The notes beneath the pieces were generated by a model. It saw only the letters and a list, made by a program, of their open reading frames with translations. It was not told where the DNA came from and ran no database searches. From Candidatus Poribacteria bacterium (lineage in GTDB: Bacteria; Poribacteria; WGA-4E; PCPOR2b): DNA of 64,000 bases. This document shows positions 48,691 to 59,250 of the stretch, in pieces (position 1 is the first letter of the stretch; each line of letters opens with the position of its first letter). Position numbers and translations under genes: made by a program. The stretch is taken from the NCBI GenBank assembly GCA_965198175.1, contig OZ240245.1, forward strand, positions 3,584,001 through 3,648,000, given 5' to 3'.

Positions 48691-50292
48691 ATGTCAGAAG
48701 ATGCAAAAAACAAAAAGATACCTACCGCAGAAGAACTTCAAAAAGAATTTGAGACCTTTGTGAAAAACAAGTATGGTGGCACCGTCCGATTTATCACACC
48801 AAAAGTAAACCCATCTACAGACACGACGACGGATACCGATGCGCCGTCATCGAAAGAATCGTTCGATTTAAAATTTGATCTCAAACCAAAAGACATCAAG
48901 AGTTACCTAGATCGCTATATCATCAGACAAGATGAAGCCAAAAAAGCCTTGGCAATCGCTGTGTGTGACCACTACAACCACGTCCGAGAATGTCATGAGA
49001 ACCCGAAAATCGCTGAAACCGACTATTCGAAACAGAATGTCGTCATGCTTGGTCCTACGGGTGTGGGCAAAACCTATCTCATCCGTCATGTCGCCAAACT
49101 GATCGGCGTGCCGTTTGTAAAGGCAGATGCAACCCGATTCAGTGAAACCGGTTACGTCGGCGCAAATGTAGATGATCTCATCCGAGACCTCGTGTCGCAA
49201 GCGGAAGGGGACATCGAACTGGCGCAGTATGGGATTGTCTATCTGGACGAAGCGGACAAGTTAGCCACGCCCCCAAATCTTATTGGACGAGACGTAAGCG
49301 GTAGAGGGGTGCAGATTGGGCTACTCAAACTGATGGAGGAAACAGAGGTCGATCTCCGCGCTGGTCACGATGTGTCTTCCCAATTGCAAGCGGTCATGGA
49401 ATTCCAAAACAAAGGAAAAGTTGAAAAACAGATAATCAACACCCGTCATATTCTGTTTATTGTTAGCGGCTCCTTTAACGGACTAGACGAGATTATCAAA
49501 AAGCGGCTAAATGAAAGAAATATCGGTTTTAGCGCAACAGTAGCGCCGCACGACGCGAAGGAAGATTGGCTGGAACACGTTACACCGCAAGATTTCATCG
49601 AGTTCGGTCTCGAGCCCGAATTCATTGGACGATTACCAGTTCATGTTATCTGCCAAGATCTTTCTGTGGACGATCTCTATCAGATTTTGAAAGGTTCGGA
49701 AGGATCGATTGTCCGTCAGTATGAGGGTGCATTCCGCGCGTATGGGATTGAGGTCATGTTTTCCGATGAGGGGCTGCGGGGTATTTCGGAAAAGGCGCAC
49801 ACCCACAAAACGGGAGCGCGTGCTTTGATGACGGTATGCGAGAAGATATTGCGGGACTACAAGTTTGAACTGCCTTCCTCGAGTGTTCACGAATTTGTTG
49901 TGACGAAAAAGACCGTTGACGAATCAGGAAGTGAGTTGAAGCAGCTGATTGATGATGATCACTACAATCGCCAGATTGTGATACGGGAATGCGTCCGCCG
50001 TTATGAGGAACATTTCCGTCAGAAATACCAGATGTCCATTCAATTTGATGATGAAGCGACGGATCTCATCTGCCAGAGAGCCATTGACGAGGATAGAACG
50101 CCGCAAGAGATTTGTGACGAATTGCTCAAGACCTACGAACATGGCCTGAATCTCGTGAAACAGAACACAGGACAATCCAATTTCAACCTTACCAGAGACG
50201 TTGTGGAGCATCCTGACGCTGCGCTTGAACGCTGGATTCGCAACTCTTACGCGGGAAAATCGAAGGACGGTGAAAAAGCAACAGAAGCCTGA
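48691..50292 (+). CDS. ClpX-like AAA+ ATPase (no N-terminal zinc domain, extended C-terminus)
   Basis: GPTGVGKT, ETGYVG, LDEADK, RDVSGRGVQ, IGF loop, PEFIGRLP, TGARAL. Confidence 0.85.
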   Translation: MSEDAKNKKIPTAEELQKEFETFVKNKYGGTVRFITPKVNPSTDTTTDTDAPSSKESFDLKFDLKPKDIKSYLDRYIIRQDEAKKALAIAVCDHYNHVRECHENPKIAETDYSKQNVVMLGPTGVGKTYLIRHVAKLIGVPFVKADATRFSETGYVGANVDDLIRDLVSQAEGDIELAQYGIVYLDEADKLATPPNLIGRDVSGRGVQIGLLKLMEETEVDLRAGHDVSSQLQAVMEFQNKGKVEKQIINTRHILFIVSGSFNGLDEIIKKRLNERNIGFSATVAPHDAKEDWLEHVTPQDFIEFGLEPEFIGRLPVHVICQDLSVDDLYQILKGSEGSIVRQYEGAFRAYGIEVMFSDEGLRGISEKAHTHKTGARALMTVCEKILRDYKFELPSSSVHEFVVTKKTVDESGSELKQLIDDDHYNRQIVIRECVRRYEEHFRQKYQMSIQFDDEATDLICQRAIDEDRTPQEICDELLKTYEHGLNLVKQNTGQSNFNLTRDVVEHPDAALERWIRNSYAGKSKDGEKATEA

Positions 50293-50307
50293 ATCGAATC
50301 CCTTTTT

Positions 50308-52806
50308 TTATCGTAGAATTGCCAATCGTCCCAAAGCTTGAGTCTGCTCACTATCGACCACCGCATGGACTTTGTAAAGATAAACACCATTGGCAAGAAT
50401 GGTTCCGTGTTCATCTCGCCCGTCCCACATCGCCTCATTATAACCTTCGCGTGCCGACACGCCACTCAAAAGGCGAACACGACGACCGGCTTTAGAATAG
50501 ATTGAGATTGAAGCTTCATCAGCATCTTTTGTCAATTCGTAGATCAGCGTCGTTTCCCGATCGAACGGGTTGGGGTAGTTGCGCAACGTGTCAATTTTAA
50601 GGGCGGGTTTCTGGGGAGAGAAATGATCGGCGTCCCGGATGAGCGTTTGCGGGTCAAAGTTTTCCAGCCAAGCTATCTCCTCCCCTATCTGTTTGAGCAG
50701 GATAGCTTCATTGATCTCGCGAGTGTAGCCGAAGATTGGGACGAATGCTTGGAAAGACTTTATTGTCGAGGTCATTGATTTGGAATATTCTATCGCACTG
50801 TTGAGTTTTGCACGAATCAGGTTCTCCTTGCCCTTCTGATATCCCGCCTCAACTGCCTCCATCAAACGGAGTCGGCTTTCAAAAAACAGCACCCACAGAC
50901 GCATCAGGTCTAAGGCATCGGACAGAATGCTTGCAGCCTCGCGGGATATGGGCCGTGCAATTTCGGTAGCTGCCTTCATGTCATTGGCGGCTTGCTGCTG
51001 CTGCGGTAGCAGTGAAGAAAAACGATCCAAGGCAAAACGAGCGGAACGCTTATTGGGTATTGAGAGCATATCGTCAACGGCGTCCGTCCCTATGATGTCC
51101 CAAAACCGTGTGGCAAGTCCAGCGGATCCGCGTCCGTAATTTCCAGCAATGGAAAGCGAACCAGCGTAGTCGCTAAAGTAGCTCGCCAAAACCCATGTGT
51201 TTATTCGCAGAGCGTTAAGGATTGGCTTGGCAGAGTCAGCGCCATACTGATTAACCAAATAGTTTTCCATCAGTCGAAGGTGATGTGTCTCTACATCCCA
51301 GTTTATCCTCGCGCTCACGAGGCGATCTAAATGCCCCAAGTTGTTTTGCGTGCCTTGAACTGTGAAGCCGCCTAAACCAGTCACATCAGGGTTTTTTGCA
51401 TACTGCCGGACGCCATGGACGAAGAGATCGCCTTCGACCATCCAGAACGGAACCACCTCTTCGACCTCATGGGAGAGCACAATCAGGCGGTGTCCCAACT
51501 CGCCGAGGGTGTTGATTCGCTCGATTGAAATCCTCGGATCCGTAGTTGGCTCGCCATCTGCTCCCCATTTTTGAGAAAAGATTGTGCCTTCTGGCAGCTG
51601 ACGGGCATAGTCGCTATCGGGATCCTTCAGCCAAAACCTGTCGTACCCGGAGATATAGAATTTAAAATCGGGGCGAACTTGTTGGGCGGCGTCAATAATT
51701 GTGAAAATCACTCGCCAAAGTAGGTCTTGCCCTTTTTCTGATGTGTCTCCACACTCAGGACAGTTACAAGCGCGAGTTTCAACTCCCCAAGCCCGCAAGT
51801 GGAAACCGGCGAGTGTCGGATAGGTCTTTACAATCTCTTGAACCAATTGCCGCGCCAAGCTGTGAAATTCTGGCTTTGACCAACAAAAGGGGCGATAATC
51901 AATGCGATTCCGCGAACCGCCATAAGGCACGCGCGGTCCCAAAACATCGGGACGCCGCTCAATCACCGCATTTGTCGGCTCACCGGTAACATACATGAAA
52001 AGGTATGAATCGATCCCCCGTCGATGCAACGCATTGAAGCGATTGCGGAGTTCTCGGATGCGCTGCTGACGTTTATTGAGCGGCTCGTCTTGCAGCGATT
52101 CCAAGATTGGCGAATCAATGTATTTGAACGCCGTTCCGAGCCCGTCATCAATGCCCGTGCCCGTCCACACTCCTTCCCCGCCGCTCATGTTGAGCCGATG
52201 CCGCGCAAACCAATCTACATTTTCAACCTCCAATCCCGCTCTAATAGGGTAAAATGGCTGAGACGTTTTATCAATGAAAGGGAGGATGAGGTTTGGCGAG
52301 GGTTGAACCACAAAATCTAGATCGACGGGCGAGAGTCCCGTCAACCGCGTAATACACGCTTCAACTAGGTCATAAGCGCCATAGAGTACTCCCCGCGATG
52401 CGTTACTCGCGATAGCAATAATCAATTCGTTATTCAATTCGACTGTTTTGAGCACATACCCCTCATCGCCGAGGTCGGCATCAAGGCGGAGTATTCTGTC
52501 AGCCAACAACAGGCGAATCACCGGATTCGAGTCGGGGGTGCCGAGTGCAATCACCGTCGGGGTTGTCGTGGATTGACGATTTGTAAAGATGTCCAGCTCC
52601 GCGCCGGTGAAGCGCCGAATAAAGGTTCGAATTTCTTCAGCTGCAAACTGCTCCTGTGCTGACGCGGACGCGCCAATCTGAATTGTCGCCGTTGGACGCC
52701 CAGATCGAACGATGGGAACATCAGCAGCAAATGCCCAGTCATGCACGCAAAGAAGCGGAAGGAGCAACAGAAGATAAGCAATCACTGAAAAAGTTGTACG
52801 ATTCAT
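50308..52806 (-). CDS. Secreted glycoside-hydrolase-like protein with a C-terminal FlgD-like domain
   Basis: Signal peptide; GH20/GH67-type N-domain (DEGY, RGVLYGAY); C-terminal NYPNPF...WDGRD...LANGVY. Confidence 0.7.
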   Translation of the reverse strand: MNRTTFSVIAYLLLLLPLLCVHDWAFAADVPIVRSGRPTATIQIGASASAQEQFAAEEIRTFIRRFTGAELDIFTNRQSTTTPTVIALGTPDSNPVIRLLLADRILRLDADLGDEGYVLKTVELNNELIIAIASNASRGVLYGAYDLVEACITRLTGLSPVDLDFVVQPSPNLILPFIDKTSQPFYPIRAGLEVENVDWFARHRLNMSGGEGVWTGTGIDDGLGTAFKYIDSPILESLQDEPLNKRQQRIRELRNRFNALHRRGIDSYLFMYVTGEPTNAVIERRPDVLGPRVPYGGSRNRIDYRPFCWSKPEFHSLARQLVQEIVKTYPTLAGFHLRAWGVETRACNCPECGDTSEKGQDLLWRVIFTIIDAAQQVRPDFKFYISGYDRFWLKDPDSDYARQLPEGTIFSQKWGADGEPTTDPRISIERINTLGELGHRLIVLSHEVEEVVPFWMVEGDLFVHGVRQYAKNPDVTGLGGFTVQGTQNNLGHLDRLVSARINWDVETHHLRLMENYLVNQYGADSAKPILNALRINTWVLASYFSDYAGSLSIAGNYGRGSAGLATRFWDIIGTDAVDDMLSIPNKRSARFALDRFSSLLPQQQQAANDMKAATEIARPISREAASILSDALDLMRLWVLFFESRLRLMEAVEAGYQKGKENLIRAKLNSAIEYSKSMTSTIKSFQAFVPIFGYTREINEAILLKQIGEEIAWLENFDPQTLIRDADHFSPQKPALKIDTLRNYPNPFDRETTLIYELTKDADEASISIYSKAGRRVRLLSGVSAREGYNEAMWDGRDEHGTILANGVYLYKVHAVVDSEQTQALGRLAILR

Positions 52807-52895
52807 TCGAGTGTGCTGTCTCAAAAAATAGCCTCTTTCCAATAAGCGTACCGAATCCTGGATTCGCATTCGATTTCAGCTGCGATAAATTTGTA

Positions 52896-54311
52896 TCAGA
52901 GCGGTTTCTCCCTTTTTGCGATGTCTACAACGGCGGGAAGTAAACCGTAAATTAGCCAGAAGGGCACACCAATTCTATCTCCGTTTAACAGGTTGTTGAC
53001 GATAAAATGGACTAGCAGTGATAATTCTGCTGCCATCAGACCGACGATGATAAATCGATAAAATCCATCTTCGATATGTGGAACTGCACGTAGTCCAAAG
53101 CGGAAGAAAGCGACGATCACCCACACCCAGACCGCAAAGCCCACAATACCCAACTCCGCTAGAACTTGCAGATATTCGCTATGCGCCCCCAGCCGATATT
53201 GCGCCACAAATTCCCCTATGAGAGAAATGCTTGGCTCATAGGTCATGGCAAAAGCACCGTATCCGTTCCCAATAATTGGACTCTGTAGGAACATAATAAA
53301 CGCTTGGCCCCAGCGGAGTAATCGCGATTGATTGGACGCAAACTGCAGGCTGAATGCAGTTGAGATTCGATTCAATATGAGATCGGAGACACCGGGCAAG
53401 GCAAATATAAAAATCACAAGCCCCCCAATCAATACGACAAACAGGATTTTTTTGTGTTGCTCACCAGTCTGCATCAGCAGAAAAACAACTGACACAACGA
53501 CCGACAGCCATACACCTCGTGAGAAACACATCATGAGCCCCACACTGAAGATAATCAGTAAACCGCTCCACAACACCCGATCGTATGGTGTGCGATCCAG
53601 TAGCAATCGGCTGAGTACGATTAAGAAGAAGATTGCCGTGAACGAGCCGTAAACAGAGTAGTTCGTGAATGGTGAGCCTCGATAAGCAGTGGTCCATTGC
53701 CACTGATCGATATTGTAGATTAACACAATCGCTGTCCAGACAACTGCGATTGATGCAGAAGGGAACGCGGCAACAAAGAGCATTCGCAGATCACGACGGT
53801 TCTTAATCAATTCATAAGCCAAGAAACTCGACATTATGTAAACAACAGCCCGAAACGCACCTTTGACCGAGACAAAGAATTGAGGGGCGTTGAATGTCGG
53901 TAGAAAGTGCACGAAAATAAAAAAACACAGAGGCACGCGGAATGGGAAGCGCTCACCAGTTACATCATCACTCTCGTGCTGTTTCGGACGTATTGCTCGG
54001 TCAACAACCTTCCTGATGAGAAAGGCGAACACAAGCATTCCCAATAGCGGTTCAGTGGGCGTCTGGACTTCGGCTTCAGCGGGAAGAATGTAGCGAAACG
54101 AGAAGGGCAAGCAGACTAGCATCGCGTAGAGCGTGAAATCCATCGACATGAACACCAAAAACCCTACGATTGCTAGACCGAGCAAGATGACAATGAGAGA
54201 CTCGTCATGAATTGCCAGTGTCGCGCCGAGCAGAATACAGCCGGCTGCATAGGCGACTAGATAAGAGAGGTGTTTTAGACTCTTGGAATAATGGGCTAGG
54301 TCAGCTTGCAT
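52896..54311 (-). CDS. O-antigen ligase family membrane protein
   Basis: FSRGVW, SPIIGNGYG, AHSEYLQVLAELGIVG. Confidence 0.85.
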   Translation of the reverse strand: MQADLAHYSKSLKHLSYLVAYAAGCILLGATLAIHDESLIVILLGLAIVGFLVFMSMDFTLYAMLVCLPFSFRYILPAEAEVQTPTEPLLGMLVFAFLIRKVVDRAIRPKQHESDDVTGERFPFRVPLCFFIFVHFLPTFNAPQFFVSVKGAFRAVVYIMSSFLAYELIKNRRDLRMLFVAAFPSASIAVVWTAIVLIYNIDQWQWTTAYRGSPFTNYSVYGSFTAIFFLIVLSRLLLDRTPYDRVLWSGLLIIFSVGLMMCFSRGVWLSVVVSVVFLLMQTGEQHKKILFVVLIGGLVIFIFALPGVSDLILNRISTAFSLQFASNQSRLLRWGQAFIMFLQSPIIGNGYGAFAMTYEPSISLIGEFVAQYRLGAHSEYLQVLAELGIVGFAVWVWVIVAFFRFGLRAVPHIEDGFYRFIIVGLMAAELSLLVHFIVNNLLNGDRIGVPFWLIYGLLPAVVDIAKREKPL

Positions 54312-54611
54312 TCTCAATAGACTGAAAAGGATTACAATCCACAATATCGACTGGGCATGACGCCATCATCAAGCGGGTCAGTTGTGCCGAATCTGCGAGA
54401 TAATCCTGACGTAAATGGTGGGGGGATTGGCGGGAAGCCGAGGATGTGAATTGCCCATGGGTTTAACGACCATTTAGGAGGGCGTTACCAACCGTCCCAA
54501 TCGTTTTGCTAGTTCCGTCGTTCTAGGTCATTTTCGACGACATTGGCTATACTGCTAACCGTTCAGGGTGCACTGTTGACCACTAGTAGTTTCGTGCAAG
54601 ACTGGCTTTGT

Positions 54612-55346
54612 TTAGTGAATCTTAAGCACTCCCCACGTTGCCGCTAAGTTGCCTTTCGTTTGCACTGCGATTTCTGTCTCTTCGGTTGCAACATCATAGC
54701 TGATGAGCTCAAAGATAACATCACTCGAACTAATCGCTTTCACGAGACCGACATTCGGGGCTAACCACATCGTCATGCTCAGGTCTACGTTCCCACCAAT
54801 TGGTAGGATGTTCATGACATCCTGCTCGATTTTCAGGGAATTTGGGAAGCTGCCCGCCGGAACAGTGATATCGTCAATCGCAACAACTTCCGAGTCAGTG
54901 GTGCTGTTAATCTGACCGAGAAGCGGGATTGAGGCTTCACCTTCGATGGTCCACTTCGTGCCGAGATCTATTGTATTCGGCAGAAAAAACTGTGGCGGCG
55001 AATAGTCGAAGATAATCTCTCCGAACAGAGCGACATTCGCAATCAGGCGGTACAGTTTAATCCCGTCCGGCTCCGTTTTGACATAGAGTCGATTCGTATC
55101 AGCGTTTGTTTGATCGGCAATGATTTTGAGTTCTTCTCCGTTGACGATTTCGGGACCTTCAATCGTCACGATTCTATCATCAACACCATCAGTGCTGCGT
55201 AAACGCCATGTATTTCCGAATTCATCAGGATAATAGTTTTGGGCATCGCTTTGTGAAGCGAAATTGCAAACGCCCGCAATACAAAAGGCGCAGAAGACTG
55301 GGAAAAATAGCCGAAACAACATGTTTTCCTTCGACAGAATCATCAT
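54612..55346 (-). CDS. Secreted hypothetical protein with a C-terminal TWG motif
   Basis: Signal peptide; ITVPAGSF, WLAPNVGLVK; ends VQTKGNLAATWGVLKIH. Confidence 0.75.
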   Translation of the reverse strand: MMILSKENMLFRLFFPVFCAFCIAGVCNFASQSDAQNYYPDEFGNTWRLRSTDGVDDRIVTIEGPEIVNGEELKIIADQTNADTNRLYVKTEPDGIKLYRLIANVALFGEIIFDYSPPQFFLPNTIDLGTKWTIEGEASIPLLGQINSTTDSEVVAIDDITVPAGSFPNSLKIEQDVMNILPIGGNVDLSMTMWLAPNVGLVKAISSSDVIFELISYDVATEETEIAVQTKGNLAATWGVLKIH

Positions 55347-55377
55347 GCAACTCCTAGCCTGTTTTTAAGAATTTTAA

Positions 55378-56400
55378 TTACAACTGAACATCGACATGCG
55401 AAAGCTGCCAGAAGACGATCTTCCAACCGGATTCCTCTTTGCTAAAATCCATCTGGCATTCCGCTGTGAGGCGGCGCATATCAAGTCGAGGCTCTTTCTG
55501 CGAGATAACGTCAAGGACAAGCCGCGAGGATACCTCTCGGGCGTGAACCACATCCACCTGAATATCGTGGAACTGAAATTCAATTGTGCGATACTTTTCA
55601 AATAGCTCAGTTACTAATGGGATAACATGATTGAAGTCCGCAGGAATGGTGCCCGCAGCTACCCCGAATTGCGTGATTGGATCGTCCGCAGCTCGGTAAG
55701 CTTCCGAAAATTGGTTCTGGATGGCTTCGATGTTATTCGCATCCGTCGACTCAATCAAAGCTGAAAAGCCGTTGAGAAATTGCCCGATTTCCGCTTCCGG
55801 GTTTGTCAACAGTCTCAGGGAAATCCTCAACGCAAGGCGTTCAACATCTAGCGTAAACGTCTGCGTTTTTCCTTCGTAATCCGCATCTTTGACAGTCAAA
55901 TTTAAGCCTTCCGAATAAGGGATCTGTATGAAGTTGTACCTTCCGTCGCTGTCAGTTGCCACTGTCTGATCCAATAAGGTGACCAACGCCCCAGGGATAG
56001 GATTACCCATCCTTGTATCGGTAACAGTGCCAGACACAGCGCCCAATAACCGGTTCAAGGAAACATCCACTGTGAGATTTTCAGCATTGAGTACGAAGGT
56101 CCGTGTTCGACTCTCGTAGTGGGTTGCTTCAACGGTTAGATTTAAGGTGTCTGAGCGGCGGATGCGCGTAAAGACATACCTCCCCTCATTGTCGGCTTCG
56201 ACACGCTGATTCAATAGAGTGACGGTTGCTCCAGGGATAGGATTTCCCGTCCCTGCGTCGGCGATAACACCCGACACGTCGCCAAATGTCGTTTCTTCCG
56301 GCTGCTGGATAATAGTGGCTGGCGTGTCGTCACTGCAGCCGCCCCAAGCAGCTGCTAAACTGAGTAACGCTAGAAACCGGAAACTGCTATGGTAATTCAT
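55378..56400 (-). CDS. Lipoprotein with two carboxypeptidase-regulatory-like domains
   Basis: Lipobox AAWGGC; two VSG.(I/V).D..GNPIPGA.VTL repeats. Confidence 0.8.
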   Translation of the reverse strand: MNYHSSFRFLALLSLAAAWGGCSDDTPATIIQQPEETTFGDVSGVIADAGTGNPIPGATVTLLNQRVEADNEGRYVFTRIRRSDTLNLTVEATHYESRTRTFVLNAENLTVDVSLNRLLGAVSGTVTDTRMGNPIPGALVTLLDQTVATDSDGRYNFIQIPYSEGLNLTVKDADYEGKTQTFTLDVERLALRISLRLLTNPEAEIGQFLNGFSALIESTDANNIEAIQNQFSEAYRAADDPITQFGVAAGTIPADFNHVIPLVTELFEKYRTIEFQFHDIQVDVVHAREVSSRLVLDVISQKEPRLDMRRLTAECQMDFSKEESGWKIVFWQLSHVDVQL

Positions 56401-56475
56401 CCTCGTCACCTGCGATGTTGCGGATGACAAAGCAAACTTTCATCACTGACTAGAGATTGCCTTCCATTTTGAAAT

Positions 56476-57618
56476 CTAACCTGCTGCGATGCCAACCGAT
56501 TCAATCTGTGCTCTGCGGATGGCTTCGCACAAGTAGGTGATGCCTTCGGGAATATCATCAACATGGCAATAGGCGTAGGCGAGGCGGATACACTTGATGG
56601 GAAGGCTGTGATAGTGGAACGCGCTACCGTGCGTGAAACCAACATTATTCTCCGCTGCGAGCGTTTCTAGCTTTTCCATATCCGTTGTTTCTGGTAGATG
56701 CATCCAGAGAAAAAGCCCGCCTTGTGGGTTTGTCCACGTACAGATGTCGCTGACGTTTCTGCGAAGCGTGTTGATGACGGCGCGACACTTCGCACCTACG
56801 GCGGCATTCGTTAAAGCGAGATGTTCATCGAGGTGTTTCTTGAAGAACTTTGCCACAATTGCGCTTGCCAGGGCACTTGTTCCGGCATCCCAGCGGTTCT
56901 CATGAATCATGCCGTGATACGGCGGTCTAGCAACGAAATATCCCTGACGTACGCCGGCGCCGAGTATTTTTGAAAACGTTGCGACAAAAATGACGCGGTT
57001 GGCATGGTCGAGCTTGAACAGTGAATCGGGCGTCGGGTTAGGTTCGAAGTTAATGTCGCCATAACAATCGTCCTCCACAATCAAGGTATCGTATTCATTC
57101 GCCAGCGCTAACATCCGTTTGCGGCGTTCCAGCGAAAGAATAGCGCCCGTTGGGTTTTGGTGATTTGGGGTCGTGTAGATTAACTTGGGGCGGATGTGCT
57201 TCGCCCTTAAATCTTTAAGAATCGCCTCAAGCGCCTCCATGTTCATGCCATCAGTGTAGTCTATCGGTACACCCACAAGATTCGCATTGAGGTGCCTCAA
57301 GAGACCGAGCGTTCCGCTGTAGGTTAGCTCTTCGGTCAGAACGGTATCCCCTGGATTGATGAAAGTCCTCAGGACAAGATCTAGTGCCTGCATGGAACCG
57401 GACGTGATTGACATGTTATCAATGGGTAGCGACACGCCTTCTCGCCTTTCAAAGCGCACTGAAGCCAACTCGCGCAAGCCGCGATATCCACTGTCGCCCG
57501 GATAGTTGACGAGACTGCCGCCTAACTCGCGCAGCGCCTCAGCACTTGCCTCAATCAACCCCTCTGTTGGAAAGGTGTACGGGTCAGGGCGTCCCCCGGT
57601 AAACGCAAAGTCTTTCAT
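56476..57618 (-). CDS. PLP-dependent class I/II aminotransferase
   Basis: HQNPTG, EDDCYG, TFSKILGAGVR. Confidence 0.92.
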   Translation of the reverse strand: MKDFAFTGGRPDPYTFPTEGLIEASAEALRELGGSLVNYPGDSGYRGLRELASVRFERREGVSLPIDNMSITSGSMQALDLVLRTFINPGDTVLTEELTYSGTLGLLRHLNANLVGVPIDYTDGMNMEALEAILKDLRAKHIRPKLIYTTPNHQNPTGAILSLERRKRMLALANEYDTLIVEDDCYGDINFEPNPTPDSLFKLDHANRVIFVATFSKILGAGVRQGYFVARPPYHGMIHENRWDAGTSALASAIVAKFFKKHLDEHLALTNAAVGAKCRAVINTLRRNVSDICTWTNPQGGLFLWMHLPETTDMEKLETLAAENNVGFTHGSAFHYHSLPIKCIRLAYAYCHVDDIPEGITYLCEAIRRAQIESVGIAAG

Positions 57619-57903
57619 ACGAATTCCCTCCGTTCAAAAGCTCGCCTTTTGCTTGGAGTTCAGTGATGGATGTAAGCAACATCAACAATTATACCACAAA
57701 AGACAAGAAAATCCTATATCAAAAGATTTAACCGTTCAGAGGCAAAATCTTCGAAACGCCTAATAAAATCACGGATATCCGTGACATACACATAAGCGGT
57801 GGGCGTTATGGTTTGCGTTAATCGAGATATTCATGTTATAATTAAGGTGATTTATCCTCCACGGAATTAGATTATCTAGCCCCGAGAAGGAAGGAACCTC
57901 CGA

Positions 57904-58362
57904 ATGGCTTACTATATTACAGACGAATGCGTTGGGTGTATGGCATGTCTGACGAATTGTCCTGTTGATGCAATTACGGGCGAACGCAATAAACTGCATG
58001 ATATAGATCCGGATATCTGTATCGATTGCAGTGCTTGTGGGATGGTGTGCCCGGTCGAAGCAATTCGAGATCAGTATGGAAATGTCTGCAAATTTATTAG
58101 ACGCCCAACCAACCGACCGATCGCTGTAATTTATGAAGAACTCTGCTCCGGTTGTGATTTCTGCGTACACATTTGCCCGTGGGATTGCCTTGAACTGATA
58201 GATCCAGAAACAGGGGAACACGCTGAAAGTTTCTTTGGGATTTGTGAGCTTGTCAAACCCAAGGATTGTGTTGGCTGTAAACTGTGCGAAGAAGTTTGCA
58301 TTAAGGATGCAATCCGCGTTGAGTCGCCGGTTCTGACTCAGTTGGAGGAAGCGGCGGATTAA
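57904..58362 (+). CDS. 4x[4Fe-4S] polyferredoxin
   Basis: Four CxxCxxCxxxC motifs. Confidence 0.92.
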   Translation: MAYYITDECVGCMACLTNCPVDAITGERNKLHDIDPDICIDCSACGMVCPVEAIRDQYGNVCKFIRRPTNRPIAVIYEELCSGCDFCVHICPWDCLELIDPETGEHAESFFGICELVKPKDCVGCKLCEEVCIKDAIRVESPVLTQLEEAAD

Positions 58363-58365
58363 TCG

Positions 58366-59250
58366 ATGATTAAAAGCATGACGGGTTACAGTCGATGCTC
58401 GTCTGAAACCCGGTTCGGCGCACTGACTATTGAGCTGAAAGCGTGGAACCATCGATACTGCAACGTTACTGTACGCACACCAAACCCCCTCTCTCAATTT
58501 GAACATCGCATCCAGAGTCTGATAAGAAATCGCGTCTCCAGAGGACAAATTCAAGTTTCAGTCGAGTTAGTGAAGACTACTGCATCTTCAGATGATAGCC
58601 TCGTTCTTAATTTGGCGTTGGCGAAGCAGTATCACCAGAAACTTGTGCGGCTACAAAACGAATTGGATTTGAAAAATGATATTTCGGTTGGTCTTTTGGC
58701 ACGCCTGCCTGGCATCTTTGTCCTTCAGGAACCGAATGTGGGAGAAGAAGAGACATGGACTGAACTACAATCCACGCTAGAAACCGCACTGGAACAACTG
58801 AACGGAACGAGACAAACCGAAGGCAGCGCGATGTACGAATCGTTAAACGAACACCTCTGTGCAGTGCGTTTCCTAGCGAAAGCAGTTCGATCCAGCAGTG
58901 AGGGTGTAATACAGGCTGTTCAGGAAAAACTTGAAGCTCGTCTAGATGAACTGCTTCAGGGCCGCATAGAGATTGCTCCGGAGCGCCTTGTGATGGAAGC
59001 AGGTGTAATTGCATCCCGATCAGATATTACCGAAGAGCTGGTCCGACTCGATAGCCATTGCGACCAGTTTGAGCAATCTCTACAGGTGAGCGAACCGGTT
59101 GGTCGGCAGCTTGATTTTTTGGTTCAAGAGATGAATAGAGAGGTGAATACCATCGCCTCAAAAACATCATCATCGTCTACGTCCTCCCGCTGTGTCTCAC
59201 TCAAAACAGAGATTGAAAAAATTCGGGAGTTGGTTCAGAATGTGGAGTGA
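58366..59250 (+). CDS. yicC: YicC/YloC family endoribonuclease
   Basis: IKSMTGY, DITEELVRL, GRQLDFLVQEMNREVNT, RELVQNVE. Confidence 0.95.
   Translation: MIKSMTGYSRCSSETRFGALTIELKAWNHRYCNVTVRTPNPLSQFEHRIQSLIRNRVSRGQIQVSVELVKTTASSDDSLVLNLALAKQYHQKLVRLQNELDLKNDISVGLLARLPGIFVLQEPNVGEEETWTELQSTLETALEQLNGTRQTEGSAMYESLNEHLCAVRFLAKAVRSSSEGVIQAVQEKLEARLDELLQGRIEIAPERLVMEAGVIASRSDITEELVRLDSHCDQFEQSLQVSEPVGRQLDFLVQEMNREVNTIASKTSSSSTSSRCVSLKTEIEKIRELVQNVE

Noticed and set aside
54345..54611. Intergenic region with short inverted repeats (TAAATGGT/ACCATTTA)
   Set aside because: No coherent fold or known motif could be assigned by eye.
57769..58554. 261-aa minus-strand ORF
   Set aside because: Antisense to the polyferredoxin and yicC genes; no recognisable motifs.
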